Below the pieces are notes generated by a model that was given only the letters and a program-made list of their open reading frames with translations, was not told where the DNA came from and made no database searches. The position numbers and the translations under genes were made by a program. DNA of 64,000 bases from Escherichia phage phiWec188. Positions 1 to 9,064 of the stretch are shown piece by piece; within the stretch, counting starts at the first letter, position 1; each line of letters starts with the position of its first letter. The stretch is from sequence record LC739537.1. The stretch is one strand, 5' to 3'.

Positions 1-423
1 GTGAAATACATGATTGTTCCGCGTGTAGCTAAAGTGGGGGCTGTTCGAGATGATGTGGTTGCTCCGGTATATGCACCTAAACCACGTTATCGCAAGACTC
101 GCCAAAAACCTCCTGTAGGCAAGAAGCCAGTTGTGCGTATTCTCTACACCACACAACAAACCTACATGTTTAAGAATGTGGACAGTGTGCAGGTTACAGG
201 CGAGAAAGTGTATATCCAATATGCGCGTAATATTGCAGAAGGTATTGTTGAGTCTGTTGTTTCCGAGATCGACAGCAATCTGCTTCTCGCGGTGGTGATT
301 GAAGAGAATGGACACCGTGATAACTTCTTAGCTAACATCGACGGTTCTTGGGATTACCAAGGTCATGATGGTACTGCCGTTAAAGGTGGTAAGCTGATGG
401 GACGACAGTTCCTTTCTAAATAA
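1..423 (+). CDS. hypothetical protein (possibly 5'-truncated by window edge)
   Basis: ORF in frame from window start; followed by hairpin plus T-run; no recognisable motifs. Confidence 0.4.
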   Translation: MKYMIVPRVAKVGAVRDDVVAPVYAPKPRYRKTRQKPPVGKKPVVRILYTTQQTYMFKNVDSVQVTGEKVYIQYARNIAEGIVESVVSEIDSNLLLAVVIEENGHRDNFLANIDGSWDYQGHDGTAVKGGKLMGRQFLSK

Positions 424-428
424 TGCAT

Positions 429-455
429 AGGGCGCTCTCTGCGCCCTTTTTCTTT
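429..455 (+). terminator. intrinsic terminator-like hairpin (AGGGCGC-tctct-GCGCCCT + TTTTCTTT)
   Basis: perfect 7-bp GC-rich inverted repeat followed by T-run directly after stop codon at 421-423. Confidence 0.5.
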
Positions 456-464
456 GGAGGTGAT

Positions 465-656
465 ATGGTTACGTATTTTGCAGTGAAAAACGAAGTAGGA
501 ACGGCTGGGAAGCTGATTATGGACAGCGATCGAGACACTCGTGAGGTTATTTGTACCCTGATTGATATTTTACAAAGAAAAGAGTTGCTTTCTGATCGAG
601 ATATTGCTAATCTACTTGGCATCGGCGGTGACGAACTTCAACGACTGCCATTCTAA
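465..656 (+). CDS. small protein with helix-turn-helix-like C-terminal segment
   Basis: GGAGG RBS 6 nt upstream of ATG 465; C-terminal LSDRDIANLLGIGGDEL resembles HTH; longer 423 start lacks RBS and overlaps terminator. Confidence 0.45.
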   Translation: MVTYFAVKNEVGTAGKLIMDSDRDTREVICTLIDILQRKELLSDRDIANLLGIGGDELQRLPF

Positions 657-668
657 AGGAGACTAACA

Positions 669-1271
669 ATGCAACAACTGATCGTTAATATGCCTCGCAC
701 TGGTAATGAAGTTTTTGGTGTACCAGTAGACAAAGTTTGGAAAGCACACTTTCATCTGACCTTAGCCGAGGTAAGTAGTGAAGAGCTTATGCGAGCAGCA
801 AAGATTATCGGTGCAAAATGCACAACTATCGATCTACATCGTGACACGCAATCACAACGCGATCGTATGTTAACTAAGTATCAGGGTGGCATTGACACAG
901 GCTTGATGTTGGAATGTGTGGCAAAGTTAAAAGCTGCTGGCTTCAAAGTGTTACGCTATAAACTGGAACAAATGTTCAAGGATGTAGAACATGTAATGCA
1001 GATGAACCTAAGCAAAGAGCACTACGGAGAGGTACACATCAAGACTCCTGCTTCTATGCCGGAGATTGACACTGGCTTCTTCCGTATCTCTTCTAATGCA
1101 GAAGAGGTGGATTATCGTTTCTATAATGCCCGTCTGTATACCGAAGAAGATAAGTTGCAGTTCAAGAAAGCTTATGATATGCTTCTGACAAATGGTGTTG
1201 AAATAAAGGGCTACCATGTAGAACAAGTGGTAGTAGACAGTAATCTTAACTTAGACGCATGGTGGGCTTAA
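669..1271 (+). CDS. hypothetical protein (weak 2H-phosphoesterase-like H-x-T-x motif)
   Basis: AAGGAG RBS; single HLTL motif near N-terminus; second motif not found, so family assignment unsupported. Confidence 0.5.
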   Translation: MQQLIVNMPRTGNEVFGVPVDKVWKAHFHLTLAEVSSEELMRAAKIIGAKCTTIDLHRDTQSQRDRMLTKYQGGIDTGLMLECVAKLKAAGFKVLRYKLEQMFKDVEHVMQMNLSKEHYGEVHIKTPASMPEIDTGFFRISSNAEEVDYRFYNARLYTEEDKLQFKKAYDMLLTNGVEIKGYHVEQVVVDSNLNLDAWWA

Positions 1272-1272
1272 T

Positions 1273-1929
1273 ATGACTATTAAACATATCTCTTTTGATG
1301 TATGGAACACACTGATCACAGCAAACCCAAATTACGCGGATATGCGAGCTTGGACTATCGCAAAATACGGAGATATTTCGGAAGTAGAAGCAAGAGCAGC
1401 TTACAAGAAGATCAAAAAGGAACTGGATAATGCGGCACTTCAGGGAACAGCCGAGTGTGCAGCATATGCCTGGGAAAGACTTGGTTACGAACTTGGGATA
1501 ACACCTTTGAAGTCTGCAAAGCTTCGTTTCGAGTGTGAACAGTGGTTCCTTAAGTTTCCACCACATGTGGCTGTGGATTTACCGATGCACTTGCTGTATC
1601 TTTCGGGGCGTTATGATTTGAGCATCAAGAGTAATACCAACTTCATATCAGGGGATATCCTGCGCCGGGCTTGTAAGTTTGATGGTTGGAATTGTTTTGA
1701 GTTCACCCATTTCTCGGATGAAGCTTTACTTTGTAAACCAGATCCGCGATTCTTTGCTCGCACGCTGACGTATTCTCCCATCCCTTTGTTAGGGCACGAA
1801 GTATTGCACGTAGGCGATAGTGAAGAATATGATGGAAAATGTGTTGACTTAGGATTTAACTTCTGTCATATTAAGAACCCTAACGACTTGTTAGATAAAC
1901 TTGCTAAAGGAGAACTTGTTAATGCGTAA
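1273..1929 (+). CDS. HAD-superfamily-like hydrolase (putative)
   Basis: N-terminal FDVWNTL (degenerate HAD motif I) and C-terminal GDSEEYD (motif IV-like); translationally coupled to neighbours. Confidence 0.45.
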   Translation: MTIKHISFDVWNTLITANPNYADMRAWTIAKYGDISEVEARAAYKKIKKELDNAALQGTAECAAYAWERLGYELGITPLKSAKLRFECEQWFLKFPPHVAVDLPMHLLYLSGRYDLSIKSNTNFISGDILRRACKFDGWNCFEFTHFSDEALLCKPDPRFFARTLTYSPIPLLGHEVLHVGDSEEYDGKCVDLGFNFCHIKNPNDLLDKLAKGELVNA

Positions 1930-2749
1930 TCAAACTCAAATCTTTGCTCACAAATTTGATAGTCTGGAAACTGCTCGTTTTGATATTCGTGACTATTCCA
2001 AACTGAAGTTTGGCAGCAACCAGGCGGCACGCCGTATGGGGCAAACATTGGCAGTCTCTTTCTATGACTTGGTAGTCAAGAATATGCCGGAAGAAGAGTT
2101 TGTGGTGATTCCTTCACCTTACAACCATGTGCATAACGCAGCAACCATGATGACCAACCAGTTCATCAATTTCTTGAACCTGTTGCTGCTGAATCACAAA
2201 GGTAGTCGTGCAGTAGAGTTGGATACGATTCACCGTAAGGTAAGCTACATTAACGATTATGGTTTCCTGGACAAAGCAAGCCGTAAGAAACTGATTGATG
2301 GGGACACATTCTATTGCAACAAAGATTTTTGGGGCAACAAGAAGCTGATCTTCATTGATGATGTGAACATCACGGGGACTCATGAAGATAAACTGATTGA
2401 GATCCTGGATGAAAATAAAGTTACGAACGATGTTTACTTCCTGTACTTTGCCAAGTATACTGGTAATCAAGCAGACACAGAAGCTAAACTGAACTTCAAT
2501 TATATTAACACGACAGATGCTTTCGTTAATATGATCAACACCGAACAAGATGCACAGTGTTTGGTTCGTCCTATCAAGTATCTGATGGGGCAAGCACCGG
2601 AAGAGTTTAAAATCATTCTCTCCCGTCTGCCACACCGTTATGTAGAAGCACTGTTCTTTGGGTGTCTTGGGGAAGGTTATGACAAGATCGAGAAGTATTC
2701 TGAAAACTTCGTCTTCCTGAACCGTTACTTTAACCAACATATCCTGTAA
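1922..2749 (+). CDS. phosphoribosyltransferase (PRTase) domain protein
   Basis: PRPP-binding signature KLIFIDDVNITGTHEDKL; start moved to ATG 1922 preceded by AAGGAGAA RBS. Confidence 0.5.
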   Translation: MRNQTQIFAHKFDSLETARFDIRDYSKLKFGSNQAARRMGQTLAVSFYDLVVKNMPEEEFVVIPSPYNHVHNAATMMTNQFINFLNLLLLNHKGSRAVELDTIHRKVSYINDYGFLDKASRKKLIDGDTFYCNKDFWGNKKLIFIDDVNITGTHEDKLIEILDENKVTNDVYFLYFAKYTGNQADTEAKLNFNYINTTDAFVNMINTEQDAQCLVRPIKYLMGQAPEEFKIILSRLPHRYVEALFFGCLGEGYDKIEKYSENFVFLNRYFNQHIL

Positions 2750-2758
2750 GGAGGGAAA

Positions 2759-3232
2759 ATGTTGAAGGTTGTTACTGGTAATCTGATCGATGCAGCTAAG
2801 AGCGGGGAAGTGAACGTTATAGCCCACTGTTGTAACTGCATGTGTAATATGGGTAAAGGGATTGCTCCACAGATTAAAAAAGCATTTCCTTATGCATATG
2901 CAGCCGACTTGGACACAGCAGCAGGTGATCAAAGTAAACTGGGTTCTTTTAGTTTAGGGGTGCCAGAGAATTCCTCTGATCCTTTGGTGTATAACCTGTA
3001 CGGACAGTATCGTTACGGGTACAACGCTAAAGGTCGTCAGTTGGACTACGATGCTCTTTATGACGCACTGATAGCTATGGCTAATGATTTGCTCCTCCAG
3101 GCAAAAGGGCTTAAAATTGGTCTGCCTATGATCGGAGCAGGTTTTGCGGGAGGTAATTGGGCTATCATCGAAGTGATGATTGAAGAAACTTTAGTAAAAA
3201 CAGGTCACGATGTGACTATTTATAAACTTTAA
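2759..3232 (+). CDS. macro domain protein (ADP-ribose binding/processing)
   Basis: VNVIAHCCNCMCNMGKGIAPQI and IGLPMIGAGFAGG match the two conserved macro-domain glycine-rich loops; AAGGAGGG RBS. Confidence 0.65.
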   Translation: MLKVVTGNLIDAAKSGEVNVIAHCCNCMCNMGKGIAPQIKKAFPYAYAADLDTAAGDQSKLGSFSLGVPENSSDPLVYNLYGQYRYGYNAKGRQLDYDALYDALIAMANDLLLQAKGLKIGLPMIGAGFAGGNWAIIEVMIEETLVKTGHDVTIYKL

Positions 3233-3245
3233 GAGGAGAAATAAT

Positions 3246-3467
3246 ATGGGTGTTGTTGCAGGTGTTCTGGCAGTAGTTATCGTGTTTGTTCTGGCTTTCC
3301 TGATCAGTATGATTCCAGCATGGCTTCTGCTGCTGGCTTATAACTACGTTGTTGAAATGATGGGTCACACAGATATCACTGTTCCTATCACCTTCTGGAC
3401 TGTGGTGTGTGTGGCATTTATCATGGCTGTACTACGTGGGATCTTTTCCTCAAGTTCTTCAAAATAA
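3246..3467 (+). CDS. small hydrophobic membrane protein
   Basis: 73 aa, two predicted transmembrane stretches; AGAGGAGAA RBS. Confidence 0.5.
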   Translation: MGVVAGVLAVVIVFVLAFLISMIPAWLLLLAYNYVVEMMGHTDITVPITFWTVVCVAFIMAVLRGIFSSSSSK

Positions 3468-3470
3468 GTG

Positions 3471-3498
3471 TTGACAAAGTTTTAGAATAGAGTAAGAT
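3471..3498 (+). promoter_or_regulatory. sigma70-like promoter candidate (TTGACA -35, TAAGAT -10, 16-nt spacer) upstream of terC
   Basis: consensus -35 hexamer; -10 is 4/6; located in the only sizeable intergenic gap in this region. Confidence 0.4.
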
Positions 3499-3548
3499 GT
3501 ATCACATGAGGCGGGGAGTGGTTCCCCGCAAAGAGAAAGGAGAAAATA

Positions 3549-4523
3549 ATGCAACTTGGTTTCCCCATTATTGATGTAGTGGTGTTGGTAGGTATTCTTG
3601 TTCTGTCCATCGGTATTGACTTTTTCGGGCATCGTGAGAACAAGGAAATCTCTTTCAAATCTGCTGTGGCTTGGTCAATCTTCTGGATTGGTGTGTCTTT
3701 AGCCTACTATGGTTTTGTATACTTCCAGCACGGCGCAGATTTTGCAAACTTGTTCTTGAGCGGGTATGTGTTAGAGAAGTCGCTCTCGGTAGATAACTTG
3801 GTAGTGTTTGTAGCAGTGTTCTCCAGTTTCGGGATTAAGAGCACACACTTACAACACAAAATTCTACTCTGGGGTATTGCAGGTGCGATTGTCTTCCGAG
3901 GTGTGTTTGTAGCAGCAGGGACTTATCTGCTAAGTATTGGATGGTATGTTAATATTTTCTTCGGTATTGTGATTCTTTTTTGTGCGGCGAAGATGTTGTT
4001 TAAACAAGACGATGACGCAGCAGTTGATTACTCTAAACATTGGGCTACCCGCGTCGTTCGTAAACTGTTCCCAGTATCGGATCAGATGGATGGTGAGAAG
4101 TTCTTCACGATTAAGAATGGTGTTCGTGTAGCAACTCCGGCTCTGGTTTGTGTGTTCGTGATGGAAATGGTAGATGTGATCTTTGCAGTAGACTCGGTTC
4201 CGGCTGTAATTGCAGTGACACAAGAACCACTGCTTGTATTCTCTTCGATGCTCTGTGCAATCTTAGGCTTACGTGCTCTGTTCTTTGTTCTTAGTGTGGC
4301 CCTGAAGTATCTGGTTCACCTGGAGAAAGCAGTTATCGCAGTCCTGGTGTTTGTTGGTGTGAAACTGATGTATCACCCGTTTGCAGAAACGCTGCACGCA
4401 AAAGTGAGCTTCCTGCCAGCGCATATTGACCCGACGATCAGCATGTATATCGTGCTTGGTACTCTGGCCCTGGGCGTGATTGCAAGTTTCATCTTCCCTG
4501 AAAAAGAAGAAGCTACCGCTTAA
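3549..4523 (+). CDS. terC: TerC-family integral membrane protein
   Basis: multi-pass hydrophobic protein with the TerC signature EKSLSVDNLVVFVAVF; RBS AAAGGAGAA. Confidence 0.8.
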   Translation: MQLGFPIIDVVVLVGILVLSIGIDFFGHRENKEISFKSAVAWSIFWIGVSLAYYGFVYFQHGADFANLFLSGYVLEKSLSVDNLVVFVAVFSSFGIKSTHLQHKILLWGIAGAIVFRGVFVAAGTYLLSIGWYVNIFFGIVILFCAAKMLFKQDDDAAVDYSKHWATRVVRKLFPVSDQMDGEKFFTIKNGVRVATPALVCVFVMEMVDVIFAVDSVPAVIAVTQEPLLVFSSMLCAILGLRALFFVLSVALKYLVHLEKAVIAVLVFVGVKLMYHPFAETLHAKVSFLPAHIDPTISMYIVLGTLALGVIASFIFPEKEEATA

Positions 4524-4531
4524 TACCAATG

Positions 4532-4556
4532 AACCTCCTTCGGGAGGTTTCTTACT
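4532..4556 (+). terminator. intrinsic terminator (AACCTCC-TTCG-GGAGGTT + T-rich tail)
   Basis: perfect 7-bp stem with UUCG tetraloop immediately after terC stop. Confidence 0.6.
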
Positions 4557-4571
4557 AATATAGGAGGAATT

Positions 4572-4922
4572 ATGTCTGTATATTTTGATGATGTTCAGGA
4601 ATATGTTTGGTGTCTTTCTGGCACAATCCAAGAGGTAGAAGCTGCGATTCAAGAGGTTTTTCCTTATGCTTATGTAGAAGTTAAACAGACACCTCCTATG
4701 GATCTTCCACCTAATGTTGAAGCTTGTTGTGGTTCAGGTGAGGGTACAGTCACCCCAGTTCTGCGTTACGAACTACAAGCAGCAAGTGCAAATGTCGATG
4801 ATATTATTACAGAAATTAAGGTGTATGGTTTCTGGACCTCTCCTTACGCTAAATGGGATAACTCTGACACTTGGGATTTATTCTTCTGGGATAATGAGAC
4901 AGATGATGAGGTATTTCTGTAA
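4572..4922 (+). CDS. hypothetical protein
   Basis: TAGGAGG RBS; acidic, Trp-rich C-terminus; no recognised motif. Confidence 0.5.
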   Translation: MSVYFDDVQEYVWCLSGTIQEVEAAIQEVFPYAYVEVKQTPPMDLPPNVEACCGSGEGTVTPVLRYELQAASANVDDIITEIKVYGFWTSPYAKWDNSDTWDLFFWDNETDDEVFL

Positions 4923-5164
4923 TGAAAGTTGTTTGGGTTGTGTTTGAAAATATTTGTTTTGCAATAGGTTTGTTCGTCATACTTTTTGTGTTGACAAACG
5001 TGATCAATGGTAGTAAAGTATCCCTATACAAAGACGGGGAGCAGATTTACTGCTTCTCTGGAGATTTCAAACACACCTGTGTTAATATGCAGAAAGAAGA
5101 AACTCCACACCAGAAGTCAAGAGAAGATTTTGATTGGTGGTCACTACTTAATAACTTAAGATGA
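4922..5164 (+). CDS. small membrane protein
   Basis: start overlaps upstream stop; N-terminal transmembrane segment. Confidence 0.45.
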   Translation: MKVVWVVFENICFAIGLFVILFVLTNVINGSKVSLYKDGEQIYCFSGDFKHTCVNMQKEETPHQKSREDFDWWSLLNNLR

Positions 5165-5173
5165 GGAGAAAAT

Positions 5174-6040
5174 ATGAAAAATATTCAGCCATTACCTGTA
5201 GTTGGGGATTTGTATTTCTTATCTGGTACGGGTTATTCCCCAGAAGCATTAGAAGTTAACAAGAACGTCTTCCGAGTGAAAGAAATAAGAGAAGAATGTA
5301 ATGAAATTGTTTTCGAAGGTATTACTAACGGAGTTCTTCAGTATGCAGAGATGCGTAGCTGCTTCCAGCAACCTTTCCGCCCGTTGGCAGACGAGTATAA
5401 GATTGCGGTAAATATTGACGATCTTAAAAAATCTCCTTTGTTTGAAGGGTTCTCTGCTTTTATGGCAGATACTTATGTGGATGTAAAGAGATCTAACCTT
5501 TTCGCAGGGGATAATTTCCCTCACTTTGTAGCAGAGAAAAGTCATGGTTTTTCCGATTATGTGGATGCTGTAAACTATGATGTTTCTGAATTGACAGAAG
5601 AGCAGGATTATCTCCTGTTATCTCCTAAAGATTTCATGAGCGTAATGTATGCCGTAGCTGAACAGAAAAAGAAGAAAGAAGAACCTGTAGCCAAAGTTAA
5701 AAAGGTTAAAGGTAAACGTGCCAAAGGTATTCCAGAACGTAAGCGCACCGTAAATAAGGCGACAGTTTTCTTTACCAGCGGTGAGCAATATACGATCAAA
5801 GGTTTTAAAGAAGTGGGTTACACTGCTGGCGGAAACCTTATGTTCTTCACAGTTGCAGAAGAAGGAGAAACTTTTATCCGTTTTTCCAATATGTGGGAAA
5901 TGTCTGTAGAAGATATTAAAAGTGTTGTTGTTTTAGGTGTACATAAGAGTTTCATTATTAACCAAATCTCTGATTTCAGTGCACACTTGACAGCACCAGA
6001 TTTCGAAACTACCACAACAAGCTTTAACTTCAAGGTGTAA
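5174..6040 (+). CDS. hypothetical protein with lysine-rich central linker
   Basis: GAGGAGAA RBS; KKKKEEPVAKVKKVKGKRAKG basic stretch. Confidence 0.5.
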   Translation: MKNIQPLPVVGDLYFLSGTGYSPEALEVNKNVFRVKEIREECNEIVFEGITNGVLQYAEMRSCFQQPFRPLADEYKIAVNIDDLKKSPLFEGFSAFMADTYVDVKRSNLFAGDNFPHFVAEKSHGFSDYVDAVNYDVSELTEEQDYLLLSPKDFMSVMYAVAEQKKKKEEPVAKVKKVKGKRAKGIPERKRTVNKATVFFTSGEQYTIKGFKEVGYTAGGNLMFFTVAEEGETFIRFSNMWEMSVEDIKSVVVLGVHKSFIINQISDFSAHLTAPDFETTTTSFNFKV

Positions 6041-6043
6041 TGC

Positions 6044-6634
6044 ATGAATACCGAGAGAGATTTAAAACTCTTGTGGTGGGAAGTGATGCAGGAGATCAAG
6101 GAGGATTTCCCTGTTTACTACAACATGCTACGTGAAGCTGGATATACGGCTTGCGTTAGGAACAAAGTGAATAACTCTTTCGGTTGGTGCAACTACCGAG
6201 AAAAGATTGTTGTTGTGAATTGGCACTTGCATAAAAACTCCACAAGGGATATGATAGTGGACACAATGAAGCATGAAATTGCTCATGCTATTGATGGTTG
6301 TATGGGTAAGTTCAGTCGTCATGGACCACACTGGCAAAAACTGGCAGCAGAGTTGGGAGCCAATCCTAAAGCTACTTCCAAAGAACCGTTCAATCATGAA
6401 TACAAATATGTTCTTGTTTTGGTAGACAGATTTGCCACAAGATGTGTTAGAGGGTATAATCGTAAACCTAACCGTATGACCCCAGGGAAACAACCACATA
6501 TTTGGTTGAAGAGTGATAAAGAGGGGACAGAAGGAAAAATATGGTTGTATAAATGGGAAGATTGGGTTAAAGTAGCTAAAGAATATGGTGTTTCACCTTA
6601 CACAAGAGAAATAGAAGAGGAGAATGAAGAATGA
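6044..6634 (+). CDS. SprT-like zinc metallopeptidase domain protein
   Basis: HEIAHAI (HExxH) preceded by hydrophobic beta-strand region typical of SprT/Wss1-like fold. Confidence 0.55.
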   Translation: MNTERDLKLLWWEVMQEIKEDFPVYYNMLREAGYTACVRNKVNNSFGWCNYREKIVVVNWHLHKNSTRDMIVDTMKHEIAHAIDGCMGKFSRHGPHWQKLAAELGANPKATSKEPFNHEYKYVLVLVDRFATRCVRGYNRKPNRMTPGKQPHIWLKSDKEGTEGKIWLYKWEDWVKVAKEYGVSPYTREIEEENEE

Positions 6635-7743
6635 CAAGTCCATTTTTGAAAGCGGCAACTGGTGGTCAAAAGAAATCTGAAACGAGTGTACTGACTGCTA
6701 CTACAGACGCAAGCAAGTCCGTGTTCGCTCCGAGTGTCCTGGATGCAAGTCCGGTGTATGCTCCAGCAGCGCCAAAAGCTGTGCCTACCCTGCCAACAAT
6801 GTCTCGTAAAGAGATTGAAGAAGTAGGTGCAGAAGCAGGTTTAACTCTCCGTTCTCTGAATGCTGAAGTGCTGAAGCACCAACGTAGCAATCAAGGTGAC
6901 GAAATGAGTCAACGCCTTACAGCTTTGATTAAACAAGCCAAACAGCTTGATCCTGCCTCCATTAAGCAGAGTAAAGGTGTAGGTAAACTCATCAAGAAAC
7001 TGATGGGGATGAAAGAAGATCTCTTCGGTGAGTTCGATAACGTGAACAACCGTATCGAAGAACTCGTTAAGAATCTTCAAATGGATATCCGTAAAGAAGA
7101 AGATTCTCTGGTGTACCTGGATAAGCTGCACCAGGCGATCGGACAGTACGCCGCAAGCCTGAATCGTGATATGGAATTACTCACAGCAGCTTATGAGCAA
7201 GAACTGGCTACTTTTGAAGCCACACCAGAAGATGACGTAGAAGCCCGTCAACGCGTCCGTGACACGCTTGATCTCTTGGAGATACGTATTGCTGACTTGA
7301 AGGCATTACGCTTGCTGTGCGTGCAAATGGGACCGCGTGTATTGGGTATGCAGAAAGTATCTGCCAGCCTCATGCGTTCTGCTCGTAATATTGTGAACAA
7401 TGTGATTCCTGCTTACTCGGCAAACTTCTCAATGTATATTGAAAGTCTGCGCCAGAAGAAAGCAGCAGAAACACAGAACAACGTTCTGGACGAGTTCAAC
7501 CTGGCAATCAAACTGGGTAGCGATCTTGCCACACAGAATCAGATCGAAGCAGCAGCACTGGCTAACCGCCAAGTACTGGATATTGAAACCCTGCGTCACG
7601 ATCAGGAAAACTTGGTTAAGATGTTGGAAGAAACTAACCGCATCAATACGGAAGCCCGTGCTGCCCGTGTTGATTACATCAATGAAGTTCAATCTCTCGA
7701 AGATGGGATGGTTGACGCTGTTAAGAAGGGGCTTGGTAAATGA
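6631..7743 (+). CDS. alpha-helical protein, possible TelA-like (toxic anion resistance family)
   Basis: 370 aa, predicted helical/coiled-coil, size and context (adjacent to TerC/TerD genes) fit TelA; no diagnostic motif verified. Confidence 0.35.
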   Translation: MTSPFLKAATGGQKKSETSVLTATTDASKSVFAPSVLDASPVYAPAAPKAVPTLPTMSRKEIEEVGAEAGLTLRSLNAEVLKHQRSNQGDEMSQRLTALIKQAKQLDPASIKQSKGVGKLIKKLMGMKEDLFGEFDNVNNRIEELVKNLQMDIRKEEDSLVYLDKLHQAIGQYAASLNRDMELLTAAYEQELATFEATPEDDVEARQRVRDTLDLLEIRIADLKALRLLCVQMGPRVLGMQKVSASLMRSARNIVNNVIPAYSANFSMYIESLRQKKAAETQNNVLDEFNLAIKLGSDLATQNQIEAAALANRQVLDIETLRHDQENLVKMLEETNRINTEARAARVDYINEVQSLEDGMVDAVKKGLGK

Positions 7744-7934
7744 GAATCCGTGTCTATGTAGTTGAAGATTATTTTGGTGTACGCTATGACGAGGAACGTC
7801 GATTCGCACCTATGTGCAGCGTATATTCTCCAAGCGTCTTAGCAAGTTTACGGAAAGATTATTCTTATGAAGCTTGTAATAGTTTTGGTTTTGAGATTCT
7901 TTCAGACGTAGAATTTAATGAGGAGGAAGAATGA
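7740..7934 (+). CDS. hypothetical small protein
   Basis: overlapping start/stop coupling. Confidence 0.35.
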   Translation: MRIRVYVVEDYFGVRYDEERRFAPMCSVYSPSVLASLRKDYSYEACNSFGFEILSDVEFNEEEE

Positions 7935-8104
7935 AAACATTGCGTGTGAACATCGAAACTGCCTGGGCTGGATGTACCGAGGTTGTGGATATCGAAATTG
8001 AAGACGATATGTCTCAAGAAGATATCGAAGATCTTGCAAAAGAAACATTTCAGGATTATTGTAATTACGGGTTCCATATTTTAGGGGAGGAAGAAGATGA
8101 TTAA
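7931..8104 (+). CDS. hypothetical small acidic protein (57 aa, below ORF-track cutoff)
   Basis: GAGGAGGAAGA RBS then ATG 7931; translated by hand. Confidence 0.35.
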   Translation: MKTLRVNIETAWAGCTEVVDIEIEDDMSQEDIEDLAKETFQDYCNYGFHILGEEEDD

Positions 8105-8495
8105 CCACACAAACGTACATTTGAAATTAACGGTAACAGATCCGACTCTTTTCATCAATCTCACAAGCGGTGAAATTTACGAAGTTATCACAGACGAGGA
8201 TGGTTCTTGCTTCCTTAAAGGTTATTATCTCTGTGAATCTGATGAGTTGGTATCTATTATCACCTTGGGAGAATACGAAGAACCAGGTTTCCGTGTAGAG
8301 GTTGTTAAGAATCCTGATATTATCCAATTAACTCGACAAGAACTGATCACCATCATGGAAGATGCTTTTATCGATGGGTGGAAGACTCAAAACTATGATT
8401 GGAGTGGTCCAGAAGACTTCCTGCGTCTTCATAAAGAATATGACGAGTGTAGTGAGACTACTCTTGCCATTGATGATATTAAGGCAGGTCTGTAA
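8097..8495 (+). CDS. hypothetical protein
   Basis: coupled ORF. Confidence 0.45.
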   Translation: MINHTNVHLKLTVTDPTLFINLTSGEIYEVITDEDGSCFLKGYYLCESDELVSIITLGEYEEPGFRVEVVKNPDIIQLTRQELITIMEDAFIDGWKTQNYDWSGPEDFLRLHKEYDECSETTLAIDDIKAGL

Positions 8496-9064
8496 TGGGT
8501 TGCTTTAGTTTTCTGTGTAAGGAGTCGGGCAAAGCTGCCCTCTCCACATCTTTCGATGGTTCTCCTTGCTATCTTTTCCTGTTGAAAGATGGGAAGGTTA
8601 TTGAAGAGATGTATGGCAACTATGATAGTTATGGACGTGTCTTCAGCAGTAAGCAGGATGCTCACGGGAACAGAGAAAGCTTTAAATGGACTATGCCTTG
8701 GAGCGACGTTTGTGATCTTATGTTCTCTGTAAACCGTGGAGACGGTATTGCTATGGTTTTAGCAGAACACTTTACAGGAGAAGTCCCTACAAAGCGATCC
8801 GAGGACGATCCTAATCAAGGTTGGGGAGATGGAGAAGAAGAGGAAGAAGAGGATTATTTCTACAGTACCGAAAATAATATTTTCAAACGTGTTGACAATC
8901 CTTATCATAAAGTGCATAATGTCCTCATTGAAACAGAAGACGACAAAATGGGAATTGAAGAAGATGATCCTCTTGTAACACTGCCTACAAGCGAGTTACA
9001 AAAAATCATCAAAGAAGCTTACGATTTGGGCTTCAAAACTGGTAAAGGAGGAGGGAATGTTTGA
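8495..9064 (+). CDS. hypothetical protein with poly-Glu linker
   Basis: coupled ORF; GDGEEEEEED acidic tract. Confidence 0.45.
   Translation: MGCFSFLCKESGKAALSTSFDGSPCYLFLLKDGKVIEEMYGNYDSYGRVFSSKQDAHGNRESFKWTMPWSDVCDLMFSVNRGDGIAMVLAEHFTGEVPTKRSEDDPNQGWGDGEEEEEEDYFYSTENNIFKRVDNPYHKVHNVLIETEDDKMGIEEDDPLVTLPTSELQKIIKEAYDLGFKTGKGGGNV

Noticed and set aside
2114-2932. 272-aa minus-strand ORF
   Set aside because: Lies entirely antisense to the PRTase and macro-domain genes in a tightly coupled plus-strand operon, has no RBS and a low-complexity Cys/His-rich translation; treated as a shadow ORF. The same applies to the other antisense ORFs in the track (for example 6841-7131, 16613-17104, 18310-18636, 24240-24661 and the plus-strand ORFs inside the minus-strand structural genes).
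3511-3529. Leader hairpin upstream of terC as a complete Mn (yybP-ykoY-type) riboswitch
   Set aside because: The whole leader is only ~80 nt, too short for the known four-helix riboswitch; kept only as an unspecified regulatory hairpin.
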